Shown: piece by piece, positions 24,840-37,300 of the stretch
How positions within the stretch are numbered: position 1 is the stretch's first letter
Layout of the letters: each line of letters starts with the position of its first letter
Assembly: GCA_964016885.1 (NCBI GenBank)
Contig: OZ024750.1
Location: 36,022,001 to 36,086,000 of the forward strand
Direction: 5' to 3'
DNA length: 64,000 nucleotides
Origin: Eledone cirrhosa
Lineage: Eukaryota
Program-made: the position numbers and the translations under genes
The notes under the pieces: model-generated
Databases searched by the model: none
Told to the model about the DNA's origin: nothing
What the model saw: the letters and a program-made list of their open reading frames with translations, nothing else

Positions 24840-25112
24840 TCCATAAAATCAGAATACATTTCACCAAATAATGGCGAAATTGGGTATTTTGAAACGGATC
24901 ATCAGTGAGGGTTGGACTGCTATTTCTAGTCGATGAGAACCCTTTCATGTCATTGCGGGTGCTAAATTCATATATTCACACCATGTGCATTTTTAGCCAC
25001 ATTCAATCCTGTATCGATCGAGATTGGATATTTTGGAATTCCTTCACTGACGATCCGTTTCAAAATACCCAATTTCGCCATTATTTGGTGAGATGTATTC
25101 TGATTTTATGGA
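24840..25112. repeat. Inverted repeat (~68-bp arms, ~135-bp spacer); each arm has CTGAYGA plus a long hairpin
   Basis: 24840-24908 is the reverse complement of 25044-25112. Confidence 0.9.
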
Positions 25113-25155
25113 TTGTGTTTACCATTATTCCTTTATTGTATAACTTGTATGCAAT

Positions 25156-25215
25156 AAACACCTGACGATGTCACCAGGATCCTACGGAACCTGGTCATTG
25201 AAATGTGCAGTGTTT
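25156..25215 (+). ncRNA. Degenerate type-I hammerhead motif
   Basis: AAACAC-CTGACGA-..ACCAGG..CCTGGT..-GAAA-TGTG-CA-GTGTTT, followed by AATAAA. Confidence 0.7.
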
Positions 25216-25282
25216 GCTATAATAAATCTTTGAAGGAACTTCACCAGTCCAGCCTCTTGTTATATATATATAATTATATCTC

Positions 25283-25602
25283 ATCTCATTTTACGTCCGC
25301 TTTATCCCTGCTTGCAAGGGTGGGACGGGAACTGATTCTGGCTTGATTTCTACAGCTGCATGCCCTTCCTAACACCAACCTCATTTACAGTGAGTGCTGG
25401 GTGCTTTTTGCCGTGGCACCTGCACGACCACTTTGCAGTGGAATGATATGGACCCCAGTCCCTATCATCTCATTTCTACAGCTGAGTAACTGGAGCAATG
25501 TAAAATAAAGTGTCTTGCTCAAGGAAAAAACACATCACCTGGTCTGAGAATTGAACTCACAACCTTTCGATTGCAAGGCCAATGCTCTAACCAATAAGCC
25601 AT
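25283..25602 (-). mobile_element. SINE family A copy
   Basis: Homologous to 21848-22207. Confidence 0.85.
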
Positions 25603-25614
25603 ATATATATACGG

Positions 25615-25851
25615 GGGTAGTCCCACTTGAGGCAAGAGTGATTGTCTTGCTCACATAGGACTGTCTGGCAGGTTTTCTACAGTTGGATGCCCTTCCTAAC
25701 ACCAACCACATTTACAGTGTGGGTCTGGGAGGTTTTTACCGTGTTGCCTACACGGCCACATTATAGCGTGGACTGTGTGTTTTTTTGTTGTGACACCTAC
25801 ACGATCTCATTTGTTTCGGCCTCGATGGCGCGGCACCAACATAACTTTACA
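25615..25851 (-). mobile_element. SINE family B copy
   Basis: Homologous to 31825-32060. Confidence 0.8.
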
Positions 25852-25854
25852 TAG

Positions 25855-25885
<31 letters not shown>

Positions 25886-25896
25886 ACTTTACATAG

Positions 25897-25960
<64 letters not shown>

Positions 25961-25997
25961 ATATATATATACACACACACACACACTCAAAACTAGA

Positions 25998-27152
25998 ATG
26001 GCTAACCAGCAAAAATCCAAACAGAACTGGTCTGATAATGAAATCGACATTCTAATAAACACATGGCATTGCCTTTCCCAAACAGAAGACATAGATGCTT
26101 CATCTCTGAACGACATTGCTAAACGTACAGTTCAATTTTTGAAAACTCGATCTGAACAACAGATTCAAAATAAATTAAAGCAAATCGAAATTGCTTTTAA
26201 ATTAATCAATAAACATTTGGATAAACTACGGTGTGTTTTTTCTTCTTCGAATGCTGTCCAGCAGCAGCAACAGCAACAACAGCAGCTACAATGGCAACAA
26301 CAACAACAGCTACAACAACAACATCAACAACAGCAACAACAACAACAACGACAACAACAGTGTGAACCACTCCTTGATTCATCAGCAATGGCCGATCTAC
26401 TAAATGAAACTATTGACCCCCCAGTAGCCTCTGTCTCACAGCATGAAACGCCACATCCTATCTCTGGCCCAGCAGTCCAATCATCACCACTGCCAACATC
26501 TCTGCCTACTACTACTACTACTACTACAACATTTTTGTCTACTGCTATGTCAAGGAATTTACCTTCTAATACCAGAACAAGAACTCTCCCTCCCACAGTC
26601 CACAAAGGTCGTCAAATCCTACCCAAACCATCATCTACACCTCTCACAACACACACACCCACATACCCACCCACTCGAAACCCCATCATTTGCCGCTACT
26701 CTCTACGCTATAGAATATGTACGGATAGTGGCTGCAAATTCACCCATTTACCTAGGACAAAACGATCTATCCCCACAAACAGCCACCACCATAATACATA
26801 CTCTAATTTAACACCAACACAACCACCAATAACTCAAACAAGGAATCCACAAATCTGCCGCTTTTCCCTGCGAGACAGATTGTGTTTAGACCGGGATTGT
26901 CCCTTTACCCATCTCCCGGGGACCCGTCGGACAAATGAAAATAAAATTAAAAATAAAAGCAAAAACAAAAACCATAACCTACATAAAAATAACCACTACC
27001 ACAGTCACCAACAGTCTTCTAAACAGGAAACTTCTTCCTCTTTTTTAGCCATAATGAATCTGGCAAAAGAACTGGAAAAAAACATTCGAGCTATCACCCA
27101 GCACCACCCTCCACTATCACCCCACTGCACAAACTCCCATTGCTGCCATTAA
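25998..27152 (+). CDS. LINE ORF1 (384 aa): Myb/SANT-like N-terminus, polyQ, Pro/Thr-rich linker, two CCCH fingers
   Basis: ATG at 25998. [14 protein letters not shown]...[13 protein letters not shown]; C-x8-C-x4-C-x3-H twice ([38 protein letters not shown]). Confidence 0.75.
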   Translation: MANQQKSKQNWSDNEIDILINTWHCLSQTEDIDASSLNDIAKRTVQFLKTRSEQQIQNKLKQIEIAFKLINKHLDKLRCVFSSSNAVQQQQQQQQQLQWQQQQQLQQQHQQQQQQQQRQQQCEPLLDSSAMADLLNETIDPPVASVSQHETPHPISGPAVQSSPLPTSLPTTTTTTTTFLSTAMSRNLPSNTRTRTLPPTVHKGRQILPKPSSTPLTTHTPTYPPTRNPIICRYSLRYRICTDSGCKFTHLPRTKRSIPTNSHHHNTYSNLTPTQPPITQTRNPQICRFSLRDRLCLDRDCPFTHLPGTRRTNENKIKNKSKNKNHNLHKNNHYHSHQQSSKQETSSSFLAIMNLAKELEKNIRAITQHHPPLSPHCTNSHCCH

Positions 27153-30100
27153 CAAACAAACAAATTAACAACACACCAAAACAATTAAAACCATCCACTC
27201 TCGCCTCTACATTTTTGCTTAACGCCCAAGGCATCAGCCCTTCCACCAATACTCAAAAATGGAAGATCAAATTCCTGGAGGACTGGATTGATGTCCATCC
27301 AAACCACATCCCTTTCTTCGTCCTCACTGAAACCCATCTCAGTAACCTCCACTTGGAAGCCAAGGTGAAAGTGAAAAATTTCAAAGCCATCCGTGCTGAT
27401 CGCGCTGGCAGAAGAAAGGGCGGAACTGCCATTTATGTCCATAATTCTTTCTCAACAGAGGCTATGAACATATTCACTAATGGATACTGTGAAGCAGTCA
27501 CTGTATTCAGTCAAACCAACAACCTATTAGTAGTTGGGCTCTATAGGCCACCCCAAACGCCTGTACCATGCTTCAAGGAATGCCTCAACAGCATAAAGTG
27601 TTTCATCCAAGAGTGTCACCCTGACAACATCTTAATGATGGGGGACTTCAACCTCCCTGGAGTTGACTGGTCCACAAACAGCCTGCCACCAGGTTCTTCT
27701 GCCTCAACCTCTGACAGGGAAGCTGTGGAATCGCTTCTTGACTTCATGGATGATTTCTTCCTATCCCAACTGGTGCTCGAACCAACGAGGTGCCACAAAA
27801 ACGTCCTAGACTTAATTTTCAGCAATCACACTGACAATATCCACAATATTGCAGTGGAGAAAACTCTACTCTCTGATCATGACATGGTTCTCTGTGATCT
27901 GAGATTCCACCGTCCAATATACAAACCCAATGTCATCTCTCCTGTCCATCCGTTTGACGCTATGGATTTCCTCAATGCAAACTGGGAAGCGATCAGTCAT
28001 GATCTTGCACATGTCGACTGGTCCTTCACGCACACTCATACACCCACTAACATAAAAAAGTCCTGGCAGACATTTGTGGACACTGTTACAAACATATGTG
28101 CTAAACACACCCCATTAAGAACTATAAACAAATCTAAGAGCAGAATCCCTAGAAATAGAAAAACGCTCATCAGAAAAATTAAGAGAACAAACAAAAAAAA
28201 TCAACAAGCTGAAATACTGTCAGCAGCAACACATCAACTTGACTGCCATTTCATCACTAGAGATTAAAAAACATAACCTCCAAAACAACATAATGTCCCT
28301 CATCAACAATCAGAGAAGAGCTGAAGAGGCCTGGGCCATTGAGAAGATCAAACTCAATCCCAAAGTGTTCTTTTCATTTGCAAAAAAACACAAAATTACT
28401 GGCTCTACTGTTGGCCCTCTAATTGATGAAAATGGCACTCTTCAAGACAATGCTAAAACCATGGGTGAGATACTGCAGAAACAATACTGCTCTGTTTTCA
28501 GCAATCCTGATATGGCCGATCTGGGCTGTATCGGCGATGTTACTCCCCATTACACCTTATCGGACATAACGTTTGGCGCCCCTGATGTCTTGGCGGCAAT
28601 AAAGGAAATCAAGCATAATTCAGCAGTAGGTCCCGATAGGTTCCCTGCTTGTGTCTTGAAGGCGTGTCAACACTAACTTGCATCTCCTCTTGCCAATCTG
28701 TGGCGGAACTCACTGGATGCTGGATATGTGCCAGAAAACCTTCTATCCCAGTCTGTTGTCCCAGTTTTCAAAAAGGGAAACACATCCCTTGCCGTGAATT
28801 ACCGTCCAATCTCACTCACCTCTCATATCATTAAGGTATTTGAGAGAGTGGTGAGATCGCGAATGACCCACTTCCTTGAGAGTAACAAAATGCTGAACTC
28901 CAACCAGCATGGATTCCGTAATGGAAGGGATTGCCTGACGCAGCTACTGCATCACTTTGATGACATTTTGAGAGCCTTGGGAGAGGGTTCCAACACTGAT
29001 GTTATCTACCTTGATTTCAGCAAGGCCTTTGACAGGGTTGATCATAACATTCTACTGAGAAAGCTGTCCAATATTGGTGTCACTGGAAAGCTGCTGCAGT
29101 GGATCAAGAGCTTCCTGTCAAACAGAACCCAACATGTTGTAGTTGAGGGAGTCAAATCAAGCCCAGCCAAAGTCAGTAGTGGGGTCCCACAAGGCACTGT
29201 GTTGGGCCCACTTCTCTTCATCATCTATATTAATGACATCACTGACATCATCAAACACAGCAACATTAAAATTTTCGCTGATGATTCCAAGCTCCAAAAG
29301 GTCATCAATGGCGTGGATGACCGGATAAGCCTTCAGTCAGACCTACTGGCTGTTACCCAATGGGCAGAAAAGAACAACATGTTACTGAACGAAGACAAAT
29401 TCGAACTGATCCACTTTGGAAAAGAGGATGCTCTGAAACTCCCGTACTCCCTTCCCTCCGGGGAAACTCTCGTGGCATCTAACAACATCAGAGACTTGGG
29501 AGTAACCGTGGACAGCAACATAAGCTGGACCACGCATATAAGCAGCAAAGTTGACATGGCCCGCAGAATGTGTTCCTGGATCCTCAGAACCTTCCAGTCG
29601 AGAGATTCCCGCACCATTATCCTTCTCTTCTCTACTTTTGCCCGACCACACCTTGAATACTGTTGTCCACTGTGGTCTCCCCACACGAAACAAAGTATCA
29701 TGAAACTTGAAGCTCCTCAAAGGGCAATCACGAAAAAGATAGATGGCATGTCAGACCTTGACTACTGGGGTCGATTAGAAAACCTGAAACTTTACTCACT
29801 CCAACGTCGCCGTGAGCGTTATATTATCTGCATGATGTGGAAAATGTTCCATCATCACTGCCCAAATGATGTTGGCATCGCCTTCAAGATACACCCAAGG
29901 CTTGGGCCCCGTGCTATCCGTCCCATTCAAAAATCTAAATCGCAACTCATAACAACAATACGGCACAATTATTTCACCTCAATCGGCCCTGCTCTCTTCA
30001 ACATCACACCAGGACACGTCAAAACAGAAACTGACCACACAAAATTCAAGAAGTCTTTGGACAAATTCCTCCAAGTAATCCCGGACAAACCACCCACACC

Positions 30101-30161
30101 CAGATATGTCTCCGCAAACAGTAATTCTCTTCTCGAATGGGCCATGGTGCCCAAATCCTGA
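27047..30161 (+). pseudogene. LINE ORF2 (APE endonuclease + reverse transcriptase) with one frameshift and one premature stop
   Basis: Motifs LNAQG, LTETHL, GLYRPP, MGDFNLP, LDLIF, SDH; YRPISLTS, QHGFR, YLDFSKAFD, GVPQGTVLGP, FADD. Extra A in the A8 run at 28193-28200; in-frame TAA at 28674-28676. Confidence 0.93.
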
Positions 30162-30245
30162 ATTGAAAGACTTCGCCAGGTGGTGCTATTAAGTTAGACA
30201 TGGCCTGGGCCAATACTGGCCAAAACATTTCAAAGTTATTCAAAG

Positions 30246-30677
<432 letters not shown>

Positions 30678-30709
30678 AGATCAAAAGATGGTTAAAGGAG
30701 TTCCATGTA

Positions 30710-30776
30710 TTTTATTATGCGCATTTCAAAAACAAACATCATCATGCAATAATATTTGTGTTTTCATCAGATAAAA
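30710..30776 (-). ncRNA. Type-I hammerhead ribozyme motif, complete core
   Basis: TTTTAT-CTGATGA-long stem II (AAACACAAATATTATT..ATGATGTTTGTTTT)-GAAA-TGCGCA-TA-ATAAAA; palindromic stem III ATGCGCAT. Confidence 0.8.
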
Positions 30777-30863
30777 CAGGAGAACATGATATGAAGGCTA
30801 AAAAACACTTGTGGATAGTGCAGTTTTAAATCAACATACTGTACTACAATAAAAATCACCTCC

Positions 30864-31409
<546 letters not shown>

Positions 31410-31502
31410 TAAAGGTTAAACAAGGTTCGATGAATAAATCAAACAATTAGTTTTACAATAGATTGGAAGCACTCAACAGTAATGGTTGTCCGGTGTTATT
31501 AA

Positions 31503-31721
31503 TATTCATTCAAAATATTAACAAAAATAGAACTTCATTGTGATCAAGTATATTTTATTATACATATTTCAGAGGCACTGAGCTAACTTCAACAGTACGT
31601 CCTCATCAGATAAAATAATGAGGACGTACTGCTGAAGTTAGCTCAGTACCTCTGAAATATGTATAATAAAATATACTTGATCACAATAAAGTTCTATTTT
31701 TGTTAATATTTTGAATGAATA
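31503..31721. repeat. Inverted repeat (~104-bp arms, ~11-nt loop) ending in (TA)n
   Basis: tattcattcaaaatattaac...cctcat / atgagg...gttaatattttgaatgaata. Confidence 0.95.
31551..31617 (-). ncRNA. Type-I hammerhead ribozyme motif, complete core
   Basis: TATTTTAT-CTGATGA-GGACGTACTG..CAGTGCCTCT-GAAA-TATGTA-TA-ATAAAATA (8-bp stem I). Confidence 0.8.
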
Positions 31722-31772
31722 TATATATATATATATTGTTATACTTTGGGAGGGTCATGTTGCCAATATATA

Positions 31773-32060
31773 TCATCATCATCGTTTAACGTCCATATTC
31801 CACGCTCGCATGGGTTTGGACGGGAGTTTTCCCACTTGAGGCAAGAGTGGTTGTCTTGCTCGCATAGGACTGTCTGGCGGGTTTTCTACGGCTGGATGCC
31901 CTTCCTAACACCAACCACATTTACAGTGTGGAACTGGGAGGTTTTTACCGTGTTACCTACACGGCCACATTACAACGTGGACCGTGTGTTTTTTGTCGTG
32001 ACACCTACACGAGCTCGTTTGTTTCGAGCTGGATGTTGTGGTACCAACATAACTTTACAT
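31773..32060 (-). mobile_element. SINE family B copy (contains the seed segments of both satellites)
   Basis: (CAT)n tail, then ggctggatgcccttcctaacaccaaccacatttacagtgtgg and ttttttgtcgtgacacctacac. Confidence 0.85.
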
Positions 32061-32670
32061 TGAAAGGGGTGGTGTGGATGGGGTGGGGGTAGTGGGACGG
32101 GGGTGTATTTTGTTAGAGGTGCCTACTGACTGTAGTAGGTTTCACTTTATATATATATATGAGAGAGAGAGATATGCATAATGTTTGATTATTTAGTGTT
32201 TAAGTATAAACACTAATGATAAAATTAAAATATATTTAATAAAATACATGACCAATGTGTTTAAAATAATTTTGAAAATAATCAAGAATTTGGGAAGATT
32301 TAGTAATATAGCTAACTTTCTCAAATCAATCTGGTAACTGGTGCAGTACTAAATAAATATTCTTTGATAAAATTATGATGGAAATTTTTTTTAGATTTAC
32401 ATAAACACTTTAAAACAAACAGTTTTATATCATAACATCAGGGAACATTTCAGGGGTTTCATAGCTAAAGGGTTAATATCTTTATTAACAAAGAATTCCA
32501 TCAAATTATTCTGCATGTAATCACGATTCTCATTTCTTAGGATTGCTAGAATTAGGGATATTTATTCAATTGTTATTAATCTTGCTTTTATAATTGAATT
32601 AAATATATTATATTTTAAGATATGATTTAATCATGTGAAGGATTCATTATTAATTTAACTTAAATTAAGA

Positions 32671-32860
32671 GGGCGGTGGATTGGCAGTATCGGTAGAGGG
32701 TCGGACGCCATGCTTTCCAGCATAGTTACGTCCCTTTACGATCTGAGTTCAAATCCCGCCGAGGTTGACTTTGCCTTTCATCCTTACGGGGTCGATAAAA
32801 TAAAGTACCAGTAATGCACTGAGTAATTGCTGGCCTTGTGCCTAAAGTAGAAACAATTAT
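32671..32860 (+). mobile_element. Full-length young family C tRNA-SINE with target site duplication
   Basis: A/B boxes present; attattaatttaact duplicated on both sides. Confidence 0.9.
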
Positions 32861-33009
32861 TAATTTAACTGTTTAAATTTTTATTCAGTTTTTGAAATAA
32901 AACATAATTCTTGTAAAAATGATCTTAGTACATGGATTGGTATAAATAATTTTTAGTGAAAACATTAAAAAATAGATTTTATTTTATATATTGATAAAAG
33001 GAGGAAGGG

Positions 33010-33530
33010 CATAGCTGAGGGTTGTGGAGAATGAAGAGGAGTGATTAGGATAGATGAGAGGAGTTGAAGGCAGACTGAAGGGTGCGGGGGAGTGATTAGG
33101 ATAGATGAGAGGAGTGAAGGCAGACTGTGAAGGGTGCGGGGGAGTGATTAGGATCGATGAGAGGAGTGAGGGCTGACTGAGGACTGGTGAAGGGTGTGAA
33201 GGGAGGATGAGGAGGGATGAGAGGAGTGAGGGCAGGCTGAGGACTGGTGAAGGATGTGGGGGGGGGCGGTGTGTGAAGAAGATTGATGAATGGAGAGAGG
33301 GAAGACGGTGGGGAGGAGTGATGAGAGGAAGAAGGGATGACTTGGGCTTGTGGAGTATGGGGAGGAGTGAGGGCAGACTGAAGGGTGTAGGTGAGTGACG
33401 AGGATTGATGAGAATTGGAAGGGCAAGACAGAAATTTGTGAAGTATGAAGAAGATTGATGAGAGGAGGAAGGGAAGACTGAGGTATGTGAAGGATAACGA
33501 GGATTGGTGAGAGGAGTGAGGGAAGATTGA
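33010..33530. repeat. Purine-rich diverged tandem repeat
   Basis: Recurrent gatgagaggagtgagggcagactga. Confidence 0.85.
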
Positions 33531-33534
33531 GACA

Positions 33535-34640
33535 TTAGATTCTTGGACAGATACTTTATTTAACAACCCCAAAAGGCCAAAGTTGATGTGAGCAGGATTT
33601 GAACCAAGAGTGCAGTGAAGAGTTGGAACATTTAATCTGTGAATCTTCCATATATTTTTCTTTGTATGGTCCCGTAATTCCTGATAGTCATAGGGGCACC
33701 GTATTGACATACAGCATTTCTTGGGCATTTTAACCCTGGCGGAGCCCATCCCTCTCCAGGCTTGAGTACAGCTGATTTCTTCCAGAGAATGATAGAAAGT
33801 GAGAGAGAGAGATATAGAGGAAGAATCGACCCTAGTACTTGACTGGTACTTTTTTTTATTGACCTCGAAAGGATGAAAGGCAAAGTTGACCTTGGTGGGA
33901 TTTGAACTCAGAGAGCCGGAACAAATACCATAAAGCATTCTATCAAACTTTCTAACAACTCTGCCAATTCGGTGCCTTTCTACATATTCCTCAGCTTAAT
34001 AATGGTTTCTGATTTTGACACAAGGTCAACACTTTTTGGGGGAGAAGGGAAAGTCGATTAAATCAACTCCAGTACATTACTGGTACTTTATTTTATTGAC
34101 CTCCATAGGGACGAAAGGCAAAGCTAATCTTGGCAGGATTTGAACTCATAACATCAAGAGACGTAACTCCGTGTCATGGTATCCGACTCTACCAATTACT
34201 GCCATCAATCACCATTATACTAACCTAATAATTGTTTCTACTTTAGGCACAAGGCCAACAATTACCCCAGTGCATTACTGGTACTTTATTTTATCGACCC
34301 CGTAAGGATGAAAGGCAAAGTCAGCCTCGGCGGGATTTGAACTCAGATCGTAAAGGGACGTAACTATGCTGGAAAGCATGGCGTCCGACCCTCTACCGAT
34401 ACTGCCAATCCACCGCCCTAATTATACTAACCTAATAATGGTTTCTGATTTAGGTACAAGGCCATAGGGGAAAGTTGATTAAATCAACCCCAGTGCTTTA
34501 CTGGTACTTTAATTTACTGACCTCATAAAGATGAAAAGCAAAGCTAACCATGGTGGGATTGGAAATCAGAACATAAAGGGCCATAACCTCTATTCCACAA
34601 AGCATATTGTTGGATGCTCTACCGATTCTGTCAACTTAAC
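33535..34640 (-). mobile_element. Cluster of family C SINEs, including a young full-length copy at 34228-34418
   Basis: At least four copies of the core. attatactaacctaataat is duplicated around 34228-34418. Confidence 0.85.
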
Positions 34641-34962
34641 ACTGTTAATAATATCAGCCTAATAATGAAAAGGTTAGTTATTTTGTGTTGAAAATCAACT
34701 GAAATACAAAGTAGTGTGGTGTGGCATAAGGGGAGGGGAATGTAGCGCACCTACCTTGTGGGACATTTCACTGATTGACCTCCAGAATGTGGTACATCCA
34801 TGGTCCTTAAGCACCCAGCCCAACTCTACCCTATGACCAGAATATATCACCATGTGTCCCCTATGCATGGAGCAAAATCCACAACTTTCTTCCCCTAATG
34901 ATCATTGACCAAGAGAGAGAGAGAAAGCCTGTGGCACTATTGCTGCTACATGCCTCTCATTC

Positions 34963-35205
34963 TGTGATGTCACCATGCCCTGCTACTTCCAGCTAGGCCC
35001 TCTGGCCCCATGACATCACAGTGGCCTGCCACTTCCAGCTAGGCCCTCTGGCCCCATGATATCACCATGCCCTGCTACTTCCAGCTAGGCCCTCTGGCCC
35101 CTAGATATCACCATGCCCTGCTACTTCCAGCTAGACCCTCTGGCCCCATGATGTCACAGTGCTTGGCTACTTCTGGCAAGGCTCTCCACACTCATGATGT
35201 CACTG
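34963..35205. repeat. 46-bp minisatellite, ~5 copies
   Basis: atgccctgctacttccagctaggccctctggcccc at 34975, 35067 and 35113. Confidence 0.9.
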
Positions 35206-35339
35206 GCCCTTATACTCGTGGCAAGGTCCCTAGTGCTGCATGTAGTTTATTAGAAATATGGTAACTTAAGGATTTTAGCCAAGTGGAAATGTGTTACTAG
35301 AAAATGATTGTTTTAGCAATATCATTTTTAACCTCTGAC

Positions 35340-35687
35340 TTAACCCTTTAGCATTTAAACTGGCCATATCCAGCCAAAATTCTCTCACCTCTTTCTGTTT
35401 AAACTGGCTGTAACAGGCCATTCATACTGATGTTAAGGTATTGTTCTCAAAATTAATAATTGTCTCTACTTTTGGCATAAGGCCACCAATTTTCTCAGTA
35501 CATTACTGGTACTTTATTTTATCGACCCCCGTAAGGATGAAAGGCAAAATCAACCTCAGCGGGATTAAAATTAATAATATCAAAATTTCATAGATTCAAT
35601 ATTATGTGAGATAATTATGTGATGTAAAAGCCTTTTATGTGAAAATACAATAGTATATATAGAGTAATGTAAATGATAAAGGGTTAA
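35340..35687 (-). mobile_element. piggyBac-type MITE with a nested truncated family C SINE
   Basis: TTAACCCTTTAGCATTTA...TAAATGATAAAGGGTTAA; aaaattaataat duplicated around the SINE piece. Confidence 0.88.
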
Positions 35688-36086
35688 AGAATAAAACATG
35701 AAGGAATATACGTTAAGTATTAGCAATTTACTCTGAAATTATTATTGGCAGAAAGAAACAACTGGACATGTAAAAAAAAAAAAAGAAAGTAAGTAAAAAT
35801 AGGAATAAGAAAATATATACATATTTGGTAATTCTTTTATATTTTAGCAAGGAGGCTTAGCTTATTGGTCATTGAATATATAAGTAGCAGCAAAGAAAAA
35901 TATATGATATCTTATAGCTGTAAGGCAGGTTTATTGCAAAGAAAATATCATTCTAAGGTTAAAATGGTTATCAAAACACTGAAAATTATTAAAAAAAAAA
36001 AAAAAAGAAATCTTTATACAAAGCAACAAGCATAAAAGAAAGATCTGAGAGACACATCAAACAGAAGCTAAATACTAAATGTATTC

Positions 36087-36212
36087 AGTAGTAGTAGTAG
36101 TAGTAGTAGTGTTTGTTGATGGTGGTGGTGGCGGTGGTGGCGGTGATGATGATGATGATGGTGGTGATGGTGGTGATGGTGATGGTGATGGTGGTGATGG
36201 TCGTGGTGATGG
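36087..36212. repeat. (GTA)n and (GGT/GAT)n microsatellites
   Basis: Directly visible. Confidence 0.9.
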
Positions 36213-36766
36213 TCTTGCTGGCTGGTGCCTGGTGGGCTGAGGTTGGGGATGGCGGAGAAGGAGAGGGGGGGGGGGGATGGTAAAATATAGAAATAATGCA
36301 ACAACATAGTGAAGAATATAGAATTGAAGTTAAAAACCTATGAGAATGAAGAACAAAAGCATTAATGGTCAGCAAGAGAAGAAAAACCAAGAACCCCCCC
36401 CCCCCCCAAAAAAAAAGAAGAAAAGTAAAAAAAAAAAAAGGGACTATTGGAATGAAAGATGAAATAAATACATAATGTAAGAAGGTTTTTTTGATGGAAA
36501 GATTCTGAGAATGAAAATGGTGAATGTAAAAGACTGCAAGTTAATGGCAGCAACTGAGGAGAGAGATTGTAAATATAGTTAATATGGATGATAAGAGAGG
36601 AGGAGGAGCGGGAGGAGAGGGAGTAGAAGAGAGAGAGAAGAGAGAGAGAATGAAAGTATTGTGTGAAGCCATCTAAGTAATGTATACTACAGGTTATAAT
36701 AATGTAATAAGGAGGTAAAGGTTTTAACTAAACAGGATATAATAGAATTATAACTAGCAGGTTATC

Positions 36767-37300
36767 AGAGAGAGAGAGAGAGGTTGGAGGGAAGAGAGGG
36801 GGGATAGGGATGGAGAGGGAGGAGAAAATGTGAGAGAGGCTGGAGGGAAGGGGAGAGGAGAAAAGGTGAGAGAGGCTGGAGGGAAGGGGAGAGAGGGGGG
36901 CAGTGATGGAGAGGGAGGAGAAAAGGTGAGAGAGGCTGGAGGGAAGGGGAGAGAGAGGGGGGGGCTGGGATGGAGAGGGAGGAGAAAAGGTGAGAGAGAG
37001 GATGGAAGGAAGGAGAGAGGAGAAAAGGTGAAAGAGGCTGGAGGGAAGGGGGGAGGGAGGAGAGAGAGGAGGGGGCAGGGATGGAGAGGGAGGAGAAAAG
37101 GTGAGAGAGGGATGGAAGGAAAGGGAGGGAGAGGGAGAGAGAGTAGGGAGCAGGGATGGAGAGGGAGGAGAAAAGGTGAGAGAGGGGATGGAAGGAAAGG
37201 GAGAGAGGAAGGAGGGCAAGAGAGATAGACAGCAAGAATGAGAGAGAGATGGTGGGAGTGTGTGTGTGGATGTGTGAGTGTGTGTGTGTGTGTGTGAGAG
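36767..37300. repeat. Polypurine (GA-rich) tandem repeat
   Basis: Recurrent ggagagggaggagaaaaggtgagagagg. Confidence 0.9.

Noticed and set aside
25899-25997. N-terminal extension of ORF1 shown in the ORF track
   Set aside because: It is translated (TA)n/(CA)n; the plausible start is the ATG at 25998.
27185-30243. Antisense and alternate-frame ORFs over the LINE
   Set aside because: Shadow ORFs of the ORF2 coding sequence with no independent motifs.
32671-32760. tRNA gene call from A/B boxes
   Set aside because: No complete cloverleaf; it is the head of a multi-copy SINE.
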